A DNA stretch of 64,000 nt, taken from sequence record PZ445521.1; one strand, given 5' to 3'. Numbering within the stretch: the first letter of the stretch is position 1; each line of letters starts with the position of its first letter. Below, piece after piece: positions 30,535 to 40,822 of the stretch. The stretch comes from a phage. A program made the translations under genes and the position numbers. The notes under the pieces were generated by a model. That model was given only the letters and a program-made list of their open reading frames with translations, was not told the DNA's origin and ran no database searches.

Positions 30535-30729
30535 TCAGTTTTCATTATTCCACCTAATCATTTCAAGATATTGAACTAACTTAGCTTTGGATTTATCCAA
30601 ATCCTTTTTAGCTGCTTCTATACCGTCGTATGAATATCCTTCACAATGCTCAACTGCTAATTGATATGAATCTATTTCAATATCACGTGCTAATTTAATG
30701 ATTTTTTCAAACTGTTCGCGTGTTAGCAT
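30535..30729 (-). CDS. hypothetical protein
   Basis: 64 aa ORF. Confidence 0.35.
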   Translation of the reverse strand: MLTREQFEKIIKLARDIEIDSYQLAVEHCEGYSYDGIEAAKKDLDKSKAKLVQYLEMIRWNNEN

Positions 30730-30731
30730 AC

Positions 30732-30971
30732 TTAAACTCTCGTATTATGATCGATAATTTCATCAAGAAACATATCTAACGCTTCTACAGCATTATTAAC
30801 TTTATCTTCAAGTTCTTCAATACTTTTATTTGCAATGCCTGACGAAAACCAAGCAAAGTCACTAAGTTCCTCATCTGCTTTACGAATTAAAGCTACCAAT
30901 TCCTTAATTTTATCCGCTTGTTCGATACTAATCATTATTCCACCACATATGAAAGAGAGAATATTGCACAC
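30732..30971 (-). CDS. hypothetical protein
   Basis: 79 aa ORF. Confidence 0.35.
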   Translation of the reverse strand: MCNILSFICGGIMISIEQADKIKELVALIRKADEELSDFAWFSSGIANKSIEELEDKVNNAVEALDMFLDEIIDHNTRV

Positions 30972-31123
30972 GCCATGTGAGTTGCAACTTCATCACACAT
31001 ATTATAACGTTTCTTAAGAAATTCTACAAGTTCTTCACTAGTAACTTCATCCATGTCGACGAAAAAATCACCATTAATGATGACGTAGATATTTCCTTCT
31101 TGATTAAGTGCTTCAATTTTCAT
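30935..31123 (-). CDS. hypothetical protein
   Basis: track ORF trimmed to [10 protein letters not shown]...; upstream part is promoter. Confidence 0.35.
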   Translation of the reverse strand: MKIEALNQEGNIYVIINGDFFVDMDEVTSEELVEFLKKRYNMCDEVATHMACAIFSLSYVVE

Positions 31124-31144
31124 GATGTTCTCCTCTTTATCCGA

Positions 31145-31187
31145 TAGTTGTATAGTACCACAGCTCAAACGGAAAGTAAACCGGTAA
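31145..31187 (-). promoter_or_regulatory. T4-type early promoter
   Basis: GTTTACT, 17 bp, TACTATAC. Confidence 0.65.
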
Positions 31188-31197
31188 AATGAAAAAA

Positions 31198-31213
31198 GTC
31201 TCCCGAAGGAGAC
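31198..31213 (-). terminator. UUCG-tetraloop hairpin
   Basis: GTCTCCCGAAGGAGAC. Confidence 0.5.
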
Positions 31214-31218
31214 TAATG

Positions 31219-31605
31219 TTATTCGAGGGAAAGAAGATACTTACTCTGGTAAAACATTCCAGTAATATCATCTATCGTGCTTTGGATGGCTGGAGGCATT
31301 TCTTTATAAATGCTGTTAGATTGGTCTAGTATGTGATCAATCATTTTAATTGTGTCGGTAGGAAGTTTACTGGCATCTGGAATTGAAGGTGTGTATTTTC
31401 TACCAGAATACCCCAAATATTGCTCACCAAATTTATCAATCAAATCTGGCAACTCGGAGAAAATAAAATCGTATGCTTTGTGTCTAGCATAACTTTTAGT
31501 TTCAAAATGTGCAGAATGAAAATAAGCTTGTGCAGCCATTAATAAACCTAAGTATTCATCTGCCTTTGAAGGTTTTCCACTTTGTGAAAAGTCGCTGAAT
31601 TTCAT
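31219..31605 (-). CDS. hypothetical protein (rI.-1 position)
   Basis: 128 aa ORF downstream of rI. Confidence 0.5.
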   Translation of the reverse strand: MKFSDFSQSGKPSKADEYLGLLMAAQAYFHSAHFETKSYARHKAYDFIFSELPDLIDKFGEQYLGYSGRKYTPSIPDASKLPTDTIKMIDHILDQSNSIYKEMPPAIQSTIDDITGMFYQSKYLLSLE

Positions 31606-31895
31606 TCAGTCTCCAATTTAATGTTCATAATTCTAGCGTATGATTGTGCCATCTCCGCGCCTCGCTCTATACATTCAAAATCAGAAGAGCACGGGTCATT
31701 TTTATAGGTCGTTCTCATAAAACTATAGAATTGTTCAGACGATTCTACGCTTTTATTTTCAAAAAGCATATAAACGTGCCTAATACCAGATTCCATAAAT
31801 TTATCAAAATGAGGATCGACATTCGCTTCAATCGGTGGAGATAAAACAAATGACAATCCTAGCATGGCAAATAGTGCCGTTGCTTTTAAGGCCAT
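31602..31895 (-). CDS. rI: lysis inhibition regulator RI
   Basis: 97 aa; N-terminal signal-anchor MALKATALFAMLGLSFVLS; length and position as T4 RI. Confidence 0.8.
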   Translation of the reverse strand: MALKATALFAMLGLSFVLSPPIEANVDPHFDKFMESGIRHVYMLFENKSVESSEQFYSFMRTTYKNDPCSSDFECIERGAEMAQSYARIMNIKLETE

Positions 31896-31907
31896 AAAGG
31901 CCTCCTA

Positions 31908-32120
31908 TCATTTTTGTCCTGTATTTACTTTATGCCGATGCACGGCCTTAACTTTATCAAGGTATTTTTCAAAATTTCGCAATCTAGTATAGTCTGCCGG
32001 AGATTGATTGAGTGATACTTCTCGACGCAAAGCTGAAATGATATTTCCAACTTCCCTACGAATTTCATCTAATTGAAGCACAGTAAGATTGCGAAGTTGC
32101 TTTTCAGTTAATTGTAGCAT
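31908..32120 (-). CDS. hypothetical protein (rI.1 position)
   Basis: 70 aa ORF. Confidence 0.4.
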
Positions 32121-32162
32121 ATATACCCCTTTAGTTAGATAAACCTATTTATAACTTTTGCA

Positions 32163-32744
32163 CTAACCGAGCTTTTTAGTTAATTCATTCCAATGTTTTC
32201 TACACAAAGAAACATAAATTTCATCACCAATACAGATTTGATTACCTTCTTTAACTGGTGATCCATCTTCCATTAATCGAGCTGTCATAATCGCTTTTTT
32301 ACCACAATGACAAACTGCCTTTAGTTCAATAAGTTTATCTGCAATCGCTAAAAGTTCTTTAGAACCTTCAAATAATTTTCCAGCGAAATCAGTCCTTAGC
32401 CCATAAGCCATAACAGGAACATTATATGTATCAACAATTCGGCTCAATTGATGCACCTGTTCAGTTTTTAAAAACTGAGCTTCATCTACAAATACGCAAT
32501 GAATATCTTTTTGTGCTTCAGCCCATTTATAGAACTCGAAAATATCCATATCATCTGTAATAATATTCGCTTCCTGTTTAATTCCAATGCGAGAAACAAC
32601 TTCACAGACAGAATCGCGAGTATCAATAGCAGGCTTAAGAACTAATACACTCATTCCACGTTCTTTATAATTATGTGCAGCAGTCAAAAGAGAAGCAGAT
32701 TTTCCAGCATTCATTGCTGCATAAGTAAAAATTAAACTCGCCAT
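32163..32744 (-). CDS. tk: thymidine kinase
   Basis: 193 aa; P-loop NAGKS; C-terminal Zn-binding cysteines. Confidence 0.92.
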   Translation of the reverse strand: MASLIFTYAAMNAGKSASLLTAAHNYKERGMSVLVLKPAIDTRDSVCEVVSRIGIKQEANIITDDMDIFEFYKWAEAQKDIHCVFVDEAQFLKTEQVHQLSRIVDTYNVPVMAYGLRTDFAGKLFEGSKELLAIADKLIELKAVCHCGKKAIMTARLMEDGSPVKEGNQICIGDEIYVSLCRKHWNELTKKLG

Positions 32745-32745
32745 C

Positions 32746-32934
32746 TTAGTCCTTAGTTAAATTTTCTAAATATGTTTCTAAATCATTTTCAACTTTATCG
32801 ATAGATTTTACTAATTCGTAATATGTTTCGGCATCTCCATATTCAGAAGATATTTCAAAAGACAAATCCTTTTCTAAACTAATAATTTCACCAACTAAAA
32901 ATAATATTTCGTTCTTTTGTTCGCGAGTAATCAT
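32746..32934 (-). CDS. hypothetical protein
   Basis: 62 aa acidic ORF. Confidence 0.35.
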   Translation of the reverse strand: MITREQKNEILFLVGEIISLEKDLSFEISSEYGDAETYYELVKSIDKVENDLETYLENLTKD

Positions 32935-33116
32935 AAGGAATTTATATAATTAATAAGTTCTTGTTCTTTATTATCGAATTCTTTAGAAAGTTCTTCGTAC
33001 TCGTTTGCACTAAAAGGACCGCATTCATTACAAACTTTTTCCAATTCACTATTTTTATCCATAACTTCGTGGATAAGAGAAAAGAGTTTGTCTTTTTGTT
33101 CTTTGCTTAGGCTCAT
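32931..33116 (-). CDS. hypothetical protein
   Basis: 61 aa ORF. Confidence 0.35.
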   Translation of the reverse strand: MSLSKEQKDKLFSLIHEVMDKNSELEKVCNECGPFSANEYEELSKEFDNKEQELINYINSL

Positions 33117-33282
33117 ATATTAATTTCCAGAAGTTTTAAAATAATTCGCTTTTGCTTAAATATTTCCACAGTTAAATGATCAGTATCTTTTTGACCAATT
33201 CCAATGGCAAAACCTTTATTAACAGCGAGTTCAATTAAATTATCAAGTTCACGTAACACTTCATATTGTAACTCAGAACTAT

Positions 33283-33495
33283 TCATTTCGGTTTACCTTC
33301 TTTAACGAAATCTGGATAAGGATAAAATCCCGAATAAAATCCTTCACCTTTATGATTGATGCATCCTTTATTAGAACAATAGCACCAATAATCGAAATCA
33401 CAAACCATTTCATCGTTGCATAAAGCAAAAACAACCGGCCATTTACACTTTTCACAGTGGGCTTTTTTAAGAATACTAGTTTGGCTCATAACCAT
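33283..33495 (-). CDS. hypothetical Cys-rich protein
   Basis: 70 aa with 8 cysteines. Confidence 0.4.
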   Translation of the reverse strand: MVMSQTSILKKAHCEKCKWPVVFALCNDEMVCDFDYWCYCSNKGCINHKGEGFYSGFYPYPDFVKEGKPK

Positions 33496-33713
33496 GTCAC
33501 CTTTAAGCAGTATTCTTCTACATGCTGTTTACGACCTTTCTTATCAATAAAGGTATATTCAACGAATGTTCCAATGTAGTCTTTATCTACATCATGTGGA
33601 CTATTAATTGGACATTTAGTACGGCAAATGCGTTCCCATTGACGAATAATTACTGCCTTATTCTTTGGGTCATACGGATGTGGATAATGTATATTCATAA
33701 TAACGGTTCCCAA
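33486..33713 (-). CDS. hypothetical protein
   Basis: 75 aa ORF. Confidence 0.4.
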   Translation of the reverse strand: MGTVIMNIHYPHPYDPKNKAVIIRQWERICRTKCPINSPHDVDKDYIGTFVEYTFIDKKGRKQHVEEYCLKVTWL

Positions 33714-34162
33714 TCAACAATCACAATTTCTAATTTAGAGGAATATGTATCTAAAATCCCCTCAATAATATCCCAGTTCCCTTTACCTATGCCTGCTCCA
33801 ATCCTAGGCATATAAATTGTAGGTTTAATCAGTTTATTTTCACCAAACTCATTTAATTCTAACATACAATTCATTAAAGCGGAATACTCAAAATTTGGCC
33901 CTGGTTGAAATTGAGTATAAAGATTAAAGCAATACGCTTTATGAGTCCTAAAGTATTTTTCATAGACTGAGTAAGAACCGAGTTTAGTTACATCACCCCA
34001 TTCAGTCTGTAATTTATCAGCTTCCAAAATTTTAGGGAAAGCTTTGGTTAATTGACCTGCGACTCCAGCTTTCATCGCGTGAAAACAATTACATCCATGC
34101 GCAATATTTTTACCTTCAGCGAAAAGGGCGACAATATCGCCCTTGATATATTTTACAATCAT
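33695..34162 (-). CDS. macrodomain protein (TARG1/DarG-like ADP-ribose binding or hydrolase fold)
   Basis: 155 aa; IKGDIV...IAHGCNCFHAMKAGVAGQL and PRIGAGIGKGNW resemble the macrodomain diphosphate-binding loops. Confidence 0.55.
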   Translation of the reverse strand: MIVKYIKGDIVALFAEGKNIAHGCNCFHAMKAGVAGQLTKAFPKILEADKLQTEWGDVTKLGSYSVYEKYFRTHKAYCFNLYTQFQPGPNFEYSALMNCMLELNEFGENKLIKPTIYMPRIGAGIGKGNWDIIEGILDTYSSKLEIVIVDWEPLL

Positions 34163-34500
34163 CTAGTACTCAATCCTCGATTATAAGAATCTACCAAACG
34201 GTCAACCATTGAATGACAAGCGGCTTTATCTTTCTCCTCCGCAACTGAACATTCTAAGGTATTCCACTTTTTAGCATATCGTTTTAATAATGTATCATTT
34301 TTGTATCTGCTTGATTTATCTCTTTCTCCGTCTTTATATGCATATATTAATTTCTGCGCAAATTCAGCTTGGCATGCTTTATTTTTCCCGCAATAATCCG
34401 CTGCAGTACGGTTTACATACTCTCTAATTTCAGTATATGATGTATCTGCTAACGCAGAAAATGAAATTAATCCTATACATAAAACCAAAATTTTAGTCAT
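34159..34500 (-). CDS. secreted protein
   Basis: 113 aa with N-terminal signal peptide MTKILVLCIGLISFSALA. Confidence 0.5.
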   Translation of the reverse strand: MTKILVLCIGLISFSALADTSYTEIREYVNRTAADYCGKNKACQAEFAQKLIYAYKDGERDKSSRYKNDTLLKRYAKKWNTLECSVAEEKDKAACHSMVDRLVDSYNRGLSTR

Positions 34501-35038
34501 TTACTATTTCCAAAAGTTTATTATTTTTAAGGTAATTAGCCTTTTCTAGGACTTCAGAAGCATATTTAGAACCTGCTTTAACATTCCATCCCGAATTATA
34601 AGAGGATATTGCTTTTCTTATATCGCCCTTATGTATATTTAACCAATAAGAAAGTTCAATGTACGCCCAGGAAGCTGAATTGGACCGTTTATTCAACATT
34701 CTTTTTATTTCAGCATCGGTCATATTATAACCAAGTTCCTTAACTCTTGCTCGCATAGTAGGCAAATAATTTTGGAACATTCCGTAGGCGTGATGCTTTG
34801 GTTTAGATTTTAAATTAACTCCGCCAGAGCTTTCTTGCCATAAAATAGCAGCCATTATATGACCTAATCCGCTCTTGTGGATATTTTTGTGTGTTTTATA
34901 TTTTCCATCCTTAGAAAATTGTTCCCCGAATTGATACGCGTAACGCATGTTATCGAGTTGGACATTACTGAAAGTATGCTCGGAGCTATGTGCCATCATT
35001 GAAATGGCCAATAGACCAGCGAGTAGTGCTTTTCTCAT
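34493..35038 (-). CDS. secreted lytic-transglycosylase-like protein
   Basis: 181 aa; signal peptide; ILWQESSGG resembles SLT catalytic region. Confidence 0.5.
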   Translation of the reverse strand: MRKALLAGLLAISMMAHSSEHTFSNVQLDNMRYAYQFGEQFSKDGKYKTHKNIHKSGLGHIMAAILWQESSGGVNLKSKPKHHAYGMFQNYLPTMRARVKELGYNMTDAEIKRMLNKRSNSASWAYIELSYWLNIHKGDIRKAISSYNSGWNVKAGSKYASEVLEKANYLKNNKLLEIVND

Positions 35039-35045
35039 GCTTACC

Positions 35046-35507
35046 TCATTGAGTTTTAATTACTGCTTTAGAAGCCTTTCCTGGTAAACGACGACTGTTG
35101 ATAATTGCCATCCTACATTGAAGTGACGGGTCTTTGAACTTCTCGTTAGGTTTACAAACTGTAAATCCAAGCCAAAGATTTCCATCTGTGATTTCTAAAC
35201 GTCCAGGACGATATTCAACCCCATCAATAAAATCCTCGTCAATGTCAGGACGCGGAGGCATACTCAGGAATTCATTAACTTCTAAAACATGGTCTTTTAT
35301 TTTATGGAATAATTCAAAAACATATGTCTCATCAATCTCCCGTTGAATTGCACGATCAAGAAGATGTTGAGAATATTTTAGATGAAACGATGAGACCCCT
35401 GCTGCTTTTGATGCCTCACGAATCTCATTGTTAATTTGACGAAACTCCGACTCAAAGTGACGACGAAGCTTATTTCGACGGATAAAAACTTCAGTGTTGA
35501 TAGTCAT
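35046..35507 (-). CDS. regB: endoribonuclease RegB
   Basis: 153 aa, same length and position as T4 RegB. Confidence 0.88.
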   Translation of the reverse strand: MTINTEVFIRRNKLRRHFESEFRQINNEIREASKAAGVSSFHLKYSQHLLDRAIQREIDETYVFELFHKIKDHVLEVNEFLSMPPRPDIDEDFIDGVEYRPGRLEITDGNLWLGFTVCKPNEKFKDPSLQCRMAIINSRRLPGKASKAVIKTQ

Positions 35508-35529
35508 GTTATTCTCCTCTTAACTGATA

Positions 35530-35570
35530 GAAAAATTATACCACAGTCAAGAGGAAAAGTAAACAGTTAT
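35530..35570 (-). promoter_or_regulatory. T4-type early promoter
   Basis: GTTTACT, 17 bp, TATAAT. Confidence 0.65.
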
Positions 35571-35845
35571 TCTTTAAATCTAATCAATTTATTCATAGAC
35601 TTTGAAACTTCTGCACGGACCTCATGTAGGTTTTTAAGTTGTTCAAGACGTTGCTCATAGTAAGCAATTTCATCTTCTTCGAGACAGTCCTGTGAATCTT
35701 CTTTAAGATAACGTGCATAGTCCTGGAAAGCTTTACGGACTACTTCCTGGAAGTCATCAAGACTTTGAATTTTCTTAGGAGCGGCAGATACACGACGAGG
35801 GGCAGTATAATACTCATAACCAAACCCTGCGCTTAATTGAGCCAT
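35567..35845 (-). CDS. hypothetical protein (vs.3/vs.4 position; candidate Acb2-like)
   Basis: track ORF trimmed to [13 protein letters not shown]... (92 aa); first gene after early promoter 35530-35570. Confidence 0.4.
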   Translation of the reverse strand: MAQLSAGFGYEYYTAPRRVSAAPKKIQSLDDFQEVVRKAFQDYARYLKEDSQDCLEEDEIAYYEQRLEQLKNLHEVRAEVSKSMNKLIRFKE

Positions 35846-36111
35846 TAGTATTTTTCCTCTGGTTGAAACACTGCGCGACAAGCCCACATACTGGCTTCTT
35901 TGAGTTTCGTTTTAGCAATAGTTAACTGATCGAGGCTTTCGGCATAATTCTTCGCGAGTTCATCATCTTCACAGCTATCAAATGCTTCCCAAAATTCATC
36001 GTATAAAGCATCAAAGATAAGTCCTAAACGAACTTCAGCGTCTTTAATAGCATTTACTTTACCGATTTTTTCGTCGGTATGTGGCTTATAACCCTTAATA
36101 TCTTCAATCAT
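35845..36111 (-). CDS. hypothetical protein (vs.4/vs.5 position)
   Basis: about 88 aa from MIEDIKGYK...; start uncertain (track to 36147). Confidence 0.4.
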   Translation of the reverse strand: MIEDIKGYKPHTDEKIGKVNAIKDAEVRLGLIFDALYDEFWEAFDSCEDDELAKNYAESLDQLTIAKTKLKEASMWACRAVFQPEEKY

Positions 36112-36325
36112 ATTTGACTTCCTCACCAGTACATAAATCATATTCAACTAAACGAATAGGTTCATGAATGCCATATCCTTGAACAGAAATTTCTGTCGTA
36201 GGATAAATTCCATCAATATCACCCATATTCCAGGCTTCGTTAAATTGCTGTTCGCCTGAATTACTAAACCACTCGGCGAAAGCATTTAGCACATCTTTAG
36301 AACCTTCAATAATTATCTTTGCCAT
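36104..36325 (-). CDS. hypothetical protein
   Basis: 73 aa ORF. Confidence 0.4.
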   Translation of the reverse strand: MAKIIIEGSKDVLNAFAEWFSNSGEQQFNEAWNMGDIDGIYPTTEISVQGYGIHEPIRLVEYDLCTGEEVKYD

Positions 36326-36687
36326 TACAAACTCTCAGTAAAGGTACGAGCGATAACGTCGCGCTGCTGTTCCGGAGTCAGAGAGTTAAAGCGAACTGCA
36401 TAACCGGATACACGGATGGTCAGCTGCGGATATTTTTCCGGATGCTTAACTGCATCTTCCAGAGTTTCACGACGCAGAACGTTAACGTTCAGGTGTTGAC
36501 CACCTTCAATTTTAACTGTAGGCTGTGGCTCAATTTCAATTTCACGAGCATGCAAACCGTAGAAAATTTCTGGGTCTACAAAAGAGTCCTCTTTAAAGGT
36601 TTTAGAGACAATAATTCGTGCTTGAATACCATCTTCAAAATAAATAGTACCTTTATGTGTGCCTTCAAGAATTTGATATGCTTTCAT
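36325..36687 (-). CDS. autonomous glycyl radical cofactor (GrcA/YfiD-like)
   Basis: 120 aa; C-terminus ...[39 protein letters not shown]... matches recalled E. coli GrcA; local GC visibly higher than surroundings. Confidence 0.85.
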   Translation of the reverse strand: MKAYQILEGTHKGTIYFEDGIQARIIVSKTFKEDSFVDPEIFYGLHAREIEIEPQPTVKIEGGQHLNVNVLRRETLEDAVKHPEKYPQLTIRVSGYAVRFNSLTPEQQRDVIARTFTESL

Positions 36688-36694
36688 ATAAACC

Positions 36695-37021
36695 TCAATT
36701 AGAAAATAAATTTATCCAAGATTGTTCTTTAATTAAAAATGGCTCAGAATCATATGCCATTAAACTCTGTGTGATTAGTCCTTTAAAAGGCCCATCAATA
36801 AATTCCATGGTAAAATATGGAATTTTATTCATTAGCCGTGCATTAGGAGCAGTACATAAAACTCTACATCCTTTGAATACGCCTTTTTGTAATTTGTATT
36901 GCTTAGGATAAAATTCGCTTAAAATGTTGTTATTTGCCAAAATTTCAAAATGATTTACCAATTTATTTTTAATAGTTTTTGGCGAAAAATAGAGATATTC
37001 GAAAAGCTGTGTGTCTGTCAT
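36695..37021 (-). CDS. hypothetical protein
   Basis: track ORF trimmed to MTDTQLFEY... (108 aa); ATGA overlap with upstream gene. Confidence 0.4.
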   Translation of the reverse strand: MTDTQLFEYLYFSPKTIKNKLVNHFEILANNNILSEFYPKQYKLQKGVFKGCRVLCTAPNARLMNKIPYFTMEFIDGPFKGLITQSLMAYDSEPFLIKEQSWINLFSN

Positions 37022-37560
37022 TATTGCATTCCGATTACGAAAAACTGTGGACGAGTAATACCACCAATGCAACATTTACTATTACAGCAGTAGTGTACAG
37101 TGTCAATATGGACGCTATAAATCTTATCCATATCAGGAGATTTGACAGGCTCATCAATTATATACAAAATTCGCGAAAGCGATAAACCTCTGAACTTGCT
37201 TCCTTTATTACCAATAAAACTGCGCACAGAATCAGTAAATAAACGAAAACGTATATCATCATTAGAATAACGCGAAAATTCCTTTTTAATGTTATTTGCA
37301 GAAATTTTAGCGTAAGCTGAAGTATTAGAAAGAACAATAACTGTTCCACCGTCATACAACCAATTAGCGGCAAAATTAGTTACTGCAGTTGATTTACCAG
37401 ATTGACGTCCACCATCTAGTCGAAGTGTGCAATACTGCTTAAGTAAGTCTTCAAATGGCGGGATATATTCGTTTTTACAAATTTCTTCTACTCTAGCATC
37501 AGAATGGTGTGTAAAAGCATTCATCAGGGATAGATAAGGACCAGTTAAAAATGTTCTCAT
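37021..37560 (-). CDS. small P-loop NTPase
   Basis: 179 aa; Walker A GGRQSGKST, Walker B LYIIDEP. Confidence 0.5.
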   Translation of the reverse strand: MRTFLTGPYLSLMNAFTHHSDARVEEICKNEYIPPFEDLLKQYCTLRLDGGRQSGKSTAVTNFAANWLYDGGTVIVLSNTSAYAKISANNIKKEFSRYSNDDIRFRLFTDSVRSFIGNKGSKFRGLSLSRILYIIDEPVKSPDMDKIYSVHIDTVHYCCNSKCCIGGITRPQFFVIGMQ

Positions 37561-37700
37561 TTCTTCTCTCTAAGTTTGGGCCATTCCATGGCGCATGAAT
37601 TGTCCATTTCTGTATTTACCCATTACCGCGCTTGGGCTCGACCTTATTACAGGTTGGCGGGAATCCCTCATAGAATCATGAGGTCCAGGTTGTTCCCATG

Positions 37701-38174
37701 TTATTTGAACGATTTAACGTACTGAATAGAACCTTTACTATTCACAAAGGCAATTTTACCATTTTTGTTATACATGGTAGCAGTACGTTGATAGCCATAA
37801 GTTTGTTTACCAGATTGATAACCAACTAATGCAAAATTATCTTCGCCCATTTTATTCTGTTTAGCGCGGATGCGTTCATGACCATGTGCCATAAGAACCT
37901 TAGCATCACCGGTTGCAATGGATCGACGAGTTTTTTCATCTTCAACTGTATTAACAAAGTCGTCAAATGAATCAAATTTAGCATGAGATTTATTATACAG
38001 TTTTCCATCTACTGCATAATTATATCCCTGTACATCCATCTCAACTTCTGTACCATCATCCAATACAGCAGTGATTTTTTGACCTTTTTTAAATTTCAAA
38101 AGATCAGTAAAAGATTCAGCAATAATTTGAGAATTAATAGCTGCTTCAGTGATAAATTCTTGATATGTTTTCAT
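37701..38174 (-). CDS. internal protein (ipIII-like), capsid-targeted
   Basis: 157 aa; N-terminus MKTYQEFITEA matches T4 IP capsid-targeting sequence. Confidence 0.65.
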   Translation of the reverse strand: MKTYQEFITEAAINSQIIAESFTDLLKFKKGQKITAVLDDGTEVEMDVQGYNYAVDGKLYNKSHAKFDSFDDFVNTVEDEKTRRSIATGDAKVLMAHGHERIRAKQNKMGEDNFALVGYQSGKQTYGYQRTATMYNKNGKIAFVNSKGSIQYVKSFK

Positions 38175-38190
38175 ATGATTCCTTTAATTT

Positions 38191-38508
38191 TTATTCTTTA
38201 GGAAAATTTTTAGAATATGCGTCGTAAAGCTTATTTCCAATACGACGAAAAACTCTAGCTGCAAAACGATTTTCTGGGTTTTTAATCATAATTTGCATCA
38301 TATAAGTACCCGCGTCTGAAAGAGCTTCTTCATAGTACCCGTTAATTTCTTTAAGAGTCCTACGTTTACCACCAGGACCATCAACAGTGATTTTCCATTT
38401 ACCTGTAGAAGTGCGACTCGGCGGCTCAACTTGTTCAATCCAAATATAACCGCCTTCTACACGTTGTCCTGCAGCAGATTCTGCAATAAATTCTTGATAT
38501 GTTTTCAT
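38191..38508 (-). CDS. internal protein (ipII-like), capsid-targeted
   Basis: 105 aa; N-terminus MKTYQEFIAES. Confidence 0.65.
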   Translation of the reverse strand: MKTYQEFIAESAAGQRVEGGYIWIEQVEPPSRTSTGKWKITVDGPGGKRRTLKEINGYYEEALSDAGTYMMQIMIKNPENRFAARVFRRIGNKLYDAYSKNFPKE

Positions 38509-38517
38509 ATGTTTCCT

Positions 38518-38934
38518 TTAAATGTAAATATTTTTACCGTAATACTTATACCAATGTGGTTTCATTAAAATTTTTTCATCAAGTCGTTGTTGACTCAATT
38601 TAATAGCTGATTTGCATGGATTATAATCATTTTTCCATTCTACTGGAATATCGCTGATGTCAGGAACTTCAGTATCTTTTATACTGAACCCTCGTTTTAA
38701 GCATTCCGTTATAATGTCTGATTGACGCTTTCGCAAAAATTCTAACTTATCGTAAAAGAACGTGACATGACCAGAACCTAAAATAAACTCGGAAGATATT
38801 TTAAAATCTTTAACGCGCTTACCGTTTGCCACATGCTTACGAACTATACCAAAAACACGTGGCAATTCACGGTATTCTGCGATTAAATGTTGATCAGCAA
38901 GTTCAGATACTAAAGTCAAATTAATACGAGTCAT
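38518..38934 (-). CDS. denV: endonuclease V, pyrimidine-dimer DNA glycosylase
   Basis: 138 aa; [27 protein letters not shown]... as T4 DenV. Confidence 0.95.
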   Translation of the reverse strand: MTRINLTLVSELADQHLIAEYRELPRVFGIVRKHVANGKRVKDFKISSEFILGSGHVTFFYDKLEFLRKRQSDIITECLKRGFSIKDTEVPDISDIPVEWKNDYNPCKSAIKLSQQRLDEKILMKPHWYKYYGKNIYI

Positions 38935-38993
38935 TTTATCCCTCCAAGTAACTGTGAATATACTATCACAATTCTAGGAGAAAGTAAACAACT

Positions 38994-39962
<969 letters not shown>

Positions 39963-39981
<19 letters not shown>

Positions 39982-40451
39982 TCAGTGATAAAGCTATTTA
40001 AATTTTGGGTATATTTCTTTTCATCAAAAATCTTTTGTTGTCTGCGTAAACGCCATGGCATTTCAATGAACGTGTACCATATCCCAGATAATATTGCTGC
40101 TGTAAAAATATTAACAAGTATGGTTAAAATAATCCAATCTCCCGTTCTGTCTACTGGACTTTCTCCAAAGAAGCAAAATACAAATGATGTCACAGGAAAA
40201 CTAATAATGTACCACAGAATCATAATTTTATCTGTGAACCAATCAGCATTTGTTAACTTAGCACGACCATTATGAATACACACGAATTTATCATCTGTTA
40301 TAATAGATGGCTTAGCTGCTTGATATCCCATTCTAAACTCCCTAATCAACAAATTTTTCATATCTTCGGAACAACCATTCCAGTCAACTCTATTAACTGA
40401 AATGCCATCATCCCCATCATCTAAATCATACCAGCGAGTTTTTAAAATCAT
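39963..40451 (-). CDS. membrane protein
   Basis: 162 aa with two hydrophobic helices. Confidence 0.45.
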
Positions 40452-40822
40452 TTAATTTTCCTACAATCACTCACAAACTCTTCCATTGATTCTTTTTCAA
40501 TATAAGACATGTAGTTATTATATTCTTTTAATTGTATTTTGTAATCCTTTTTTCTTTGCCAATTTATTTTAAAATTATCATAATGAAAATATAAAATAAT
40601 ACCAAAGAATGAAAATAATGAAATCGCTATAGTATAATGAAGTTCACTCCAAACTTCTATTATATCTACTATACCGCTGACATTACTGCGGATGTTTAAA
40701 ATAATACAGTCAATCATTAATCCAATAAGACTACCAGCAAGAGCTGCAGCCAACGCCACAGCAAAAATTAAAAATGACTCAGAAAAAGAATATTTGACTT
40801 TATTTAGTTTTGGCTTTTGCAT
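40448..40822 (-). CDS. membrane protein
   Basis: 124 aa with two hydrophobic helices. Confidence 0.45.
   Translation of the reverse strand: MQKPKLNKVKYSFSESFLIFAVALAAALAGSLIGLMIDCIILNIRSNVSGIVDIIEVWSELHYTIAISLFSFFGIILYFHYDNFKINWQRKKDYKIQLKEYNNYMSYIEKESMEEFVSDCRKIK

Noticed and set aside
229-31168. N-terminal extensions of several track ORFs (229..522, 21871..22902, 25323..25910, 30935..31168)
   Set aside because: The extra residues (e.g. ...GTIQLSTT...) are translations of promoter sequence upstream of the real RBS and ATG; trimmed to the internal start.
20256-32163. Looked for homing endonuclease (mobD-like HNH/GIY-YIG) and integrase or transposase genes in the nrdC-tk hypervariable block
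   Set aside because: No ORF shows recognisable HNH, GIY-YIG, tyrosine recombinase or DDE motifs; no mobile element is supported.
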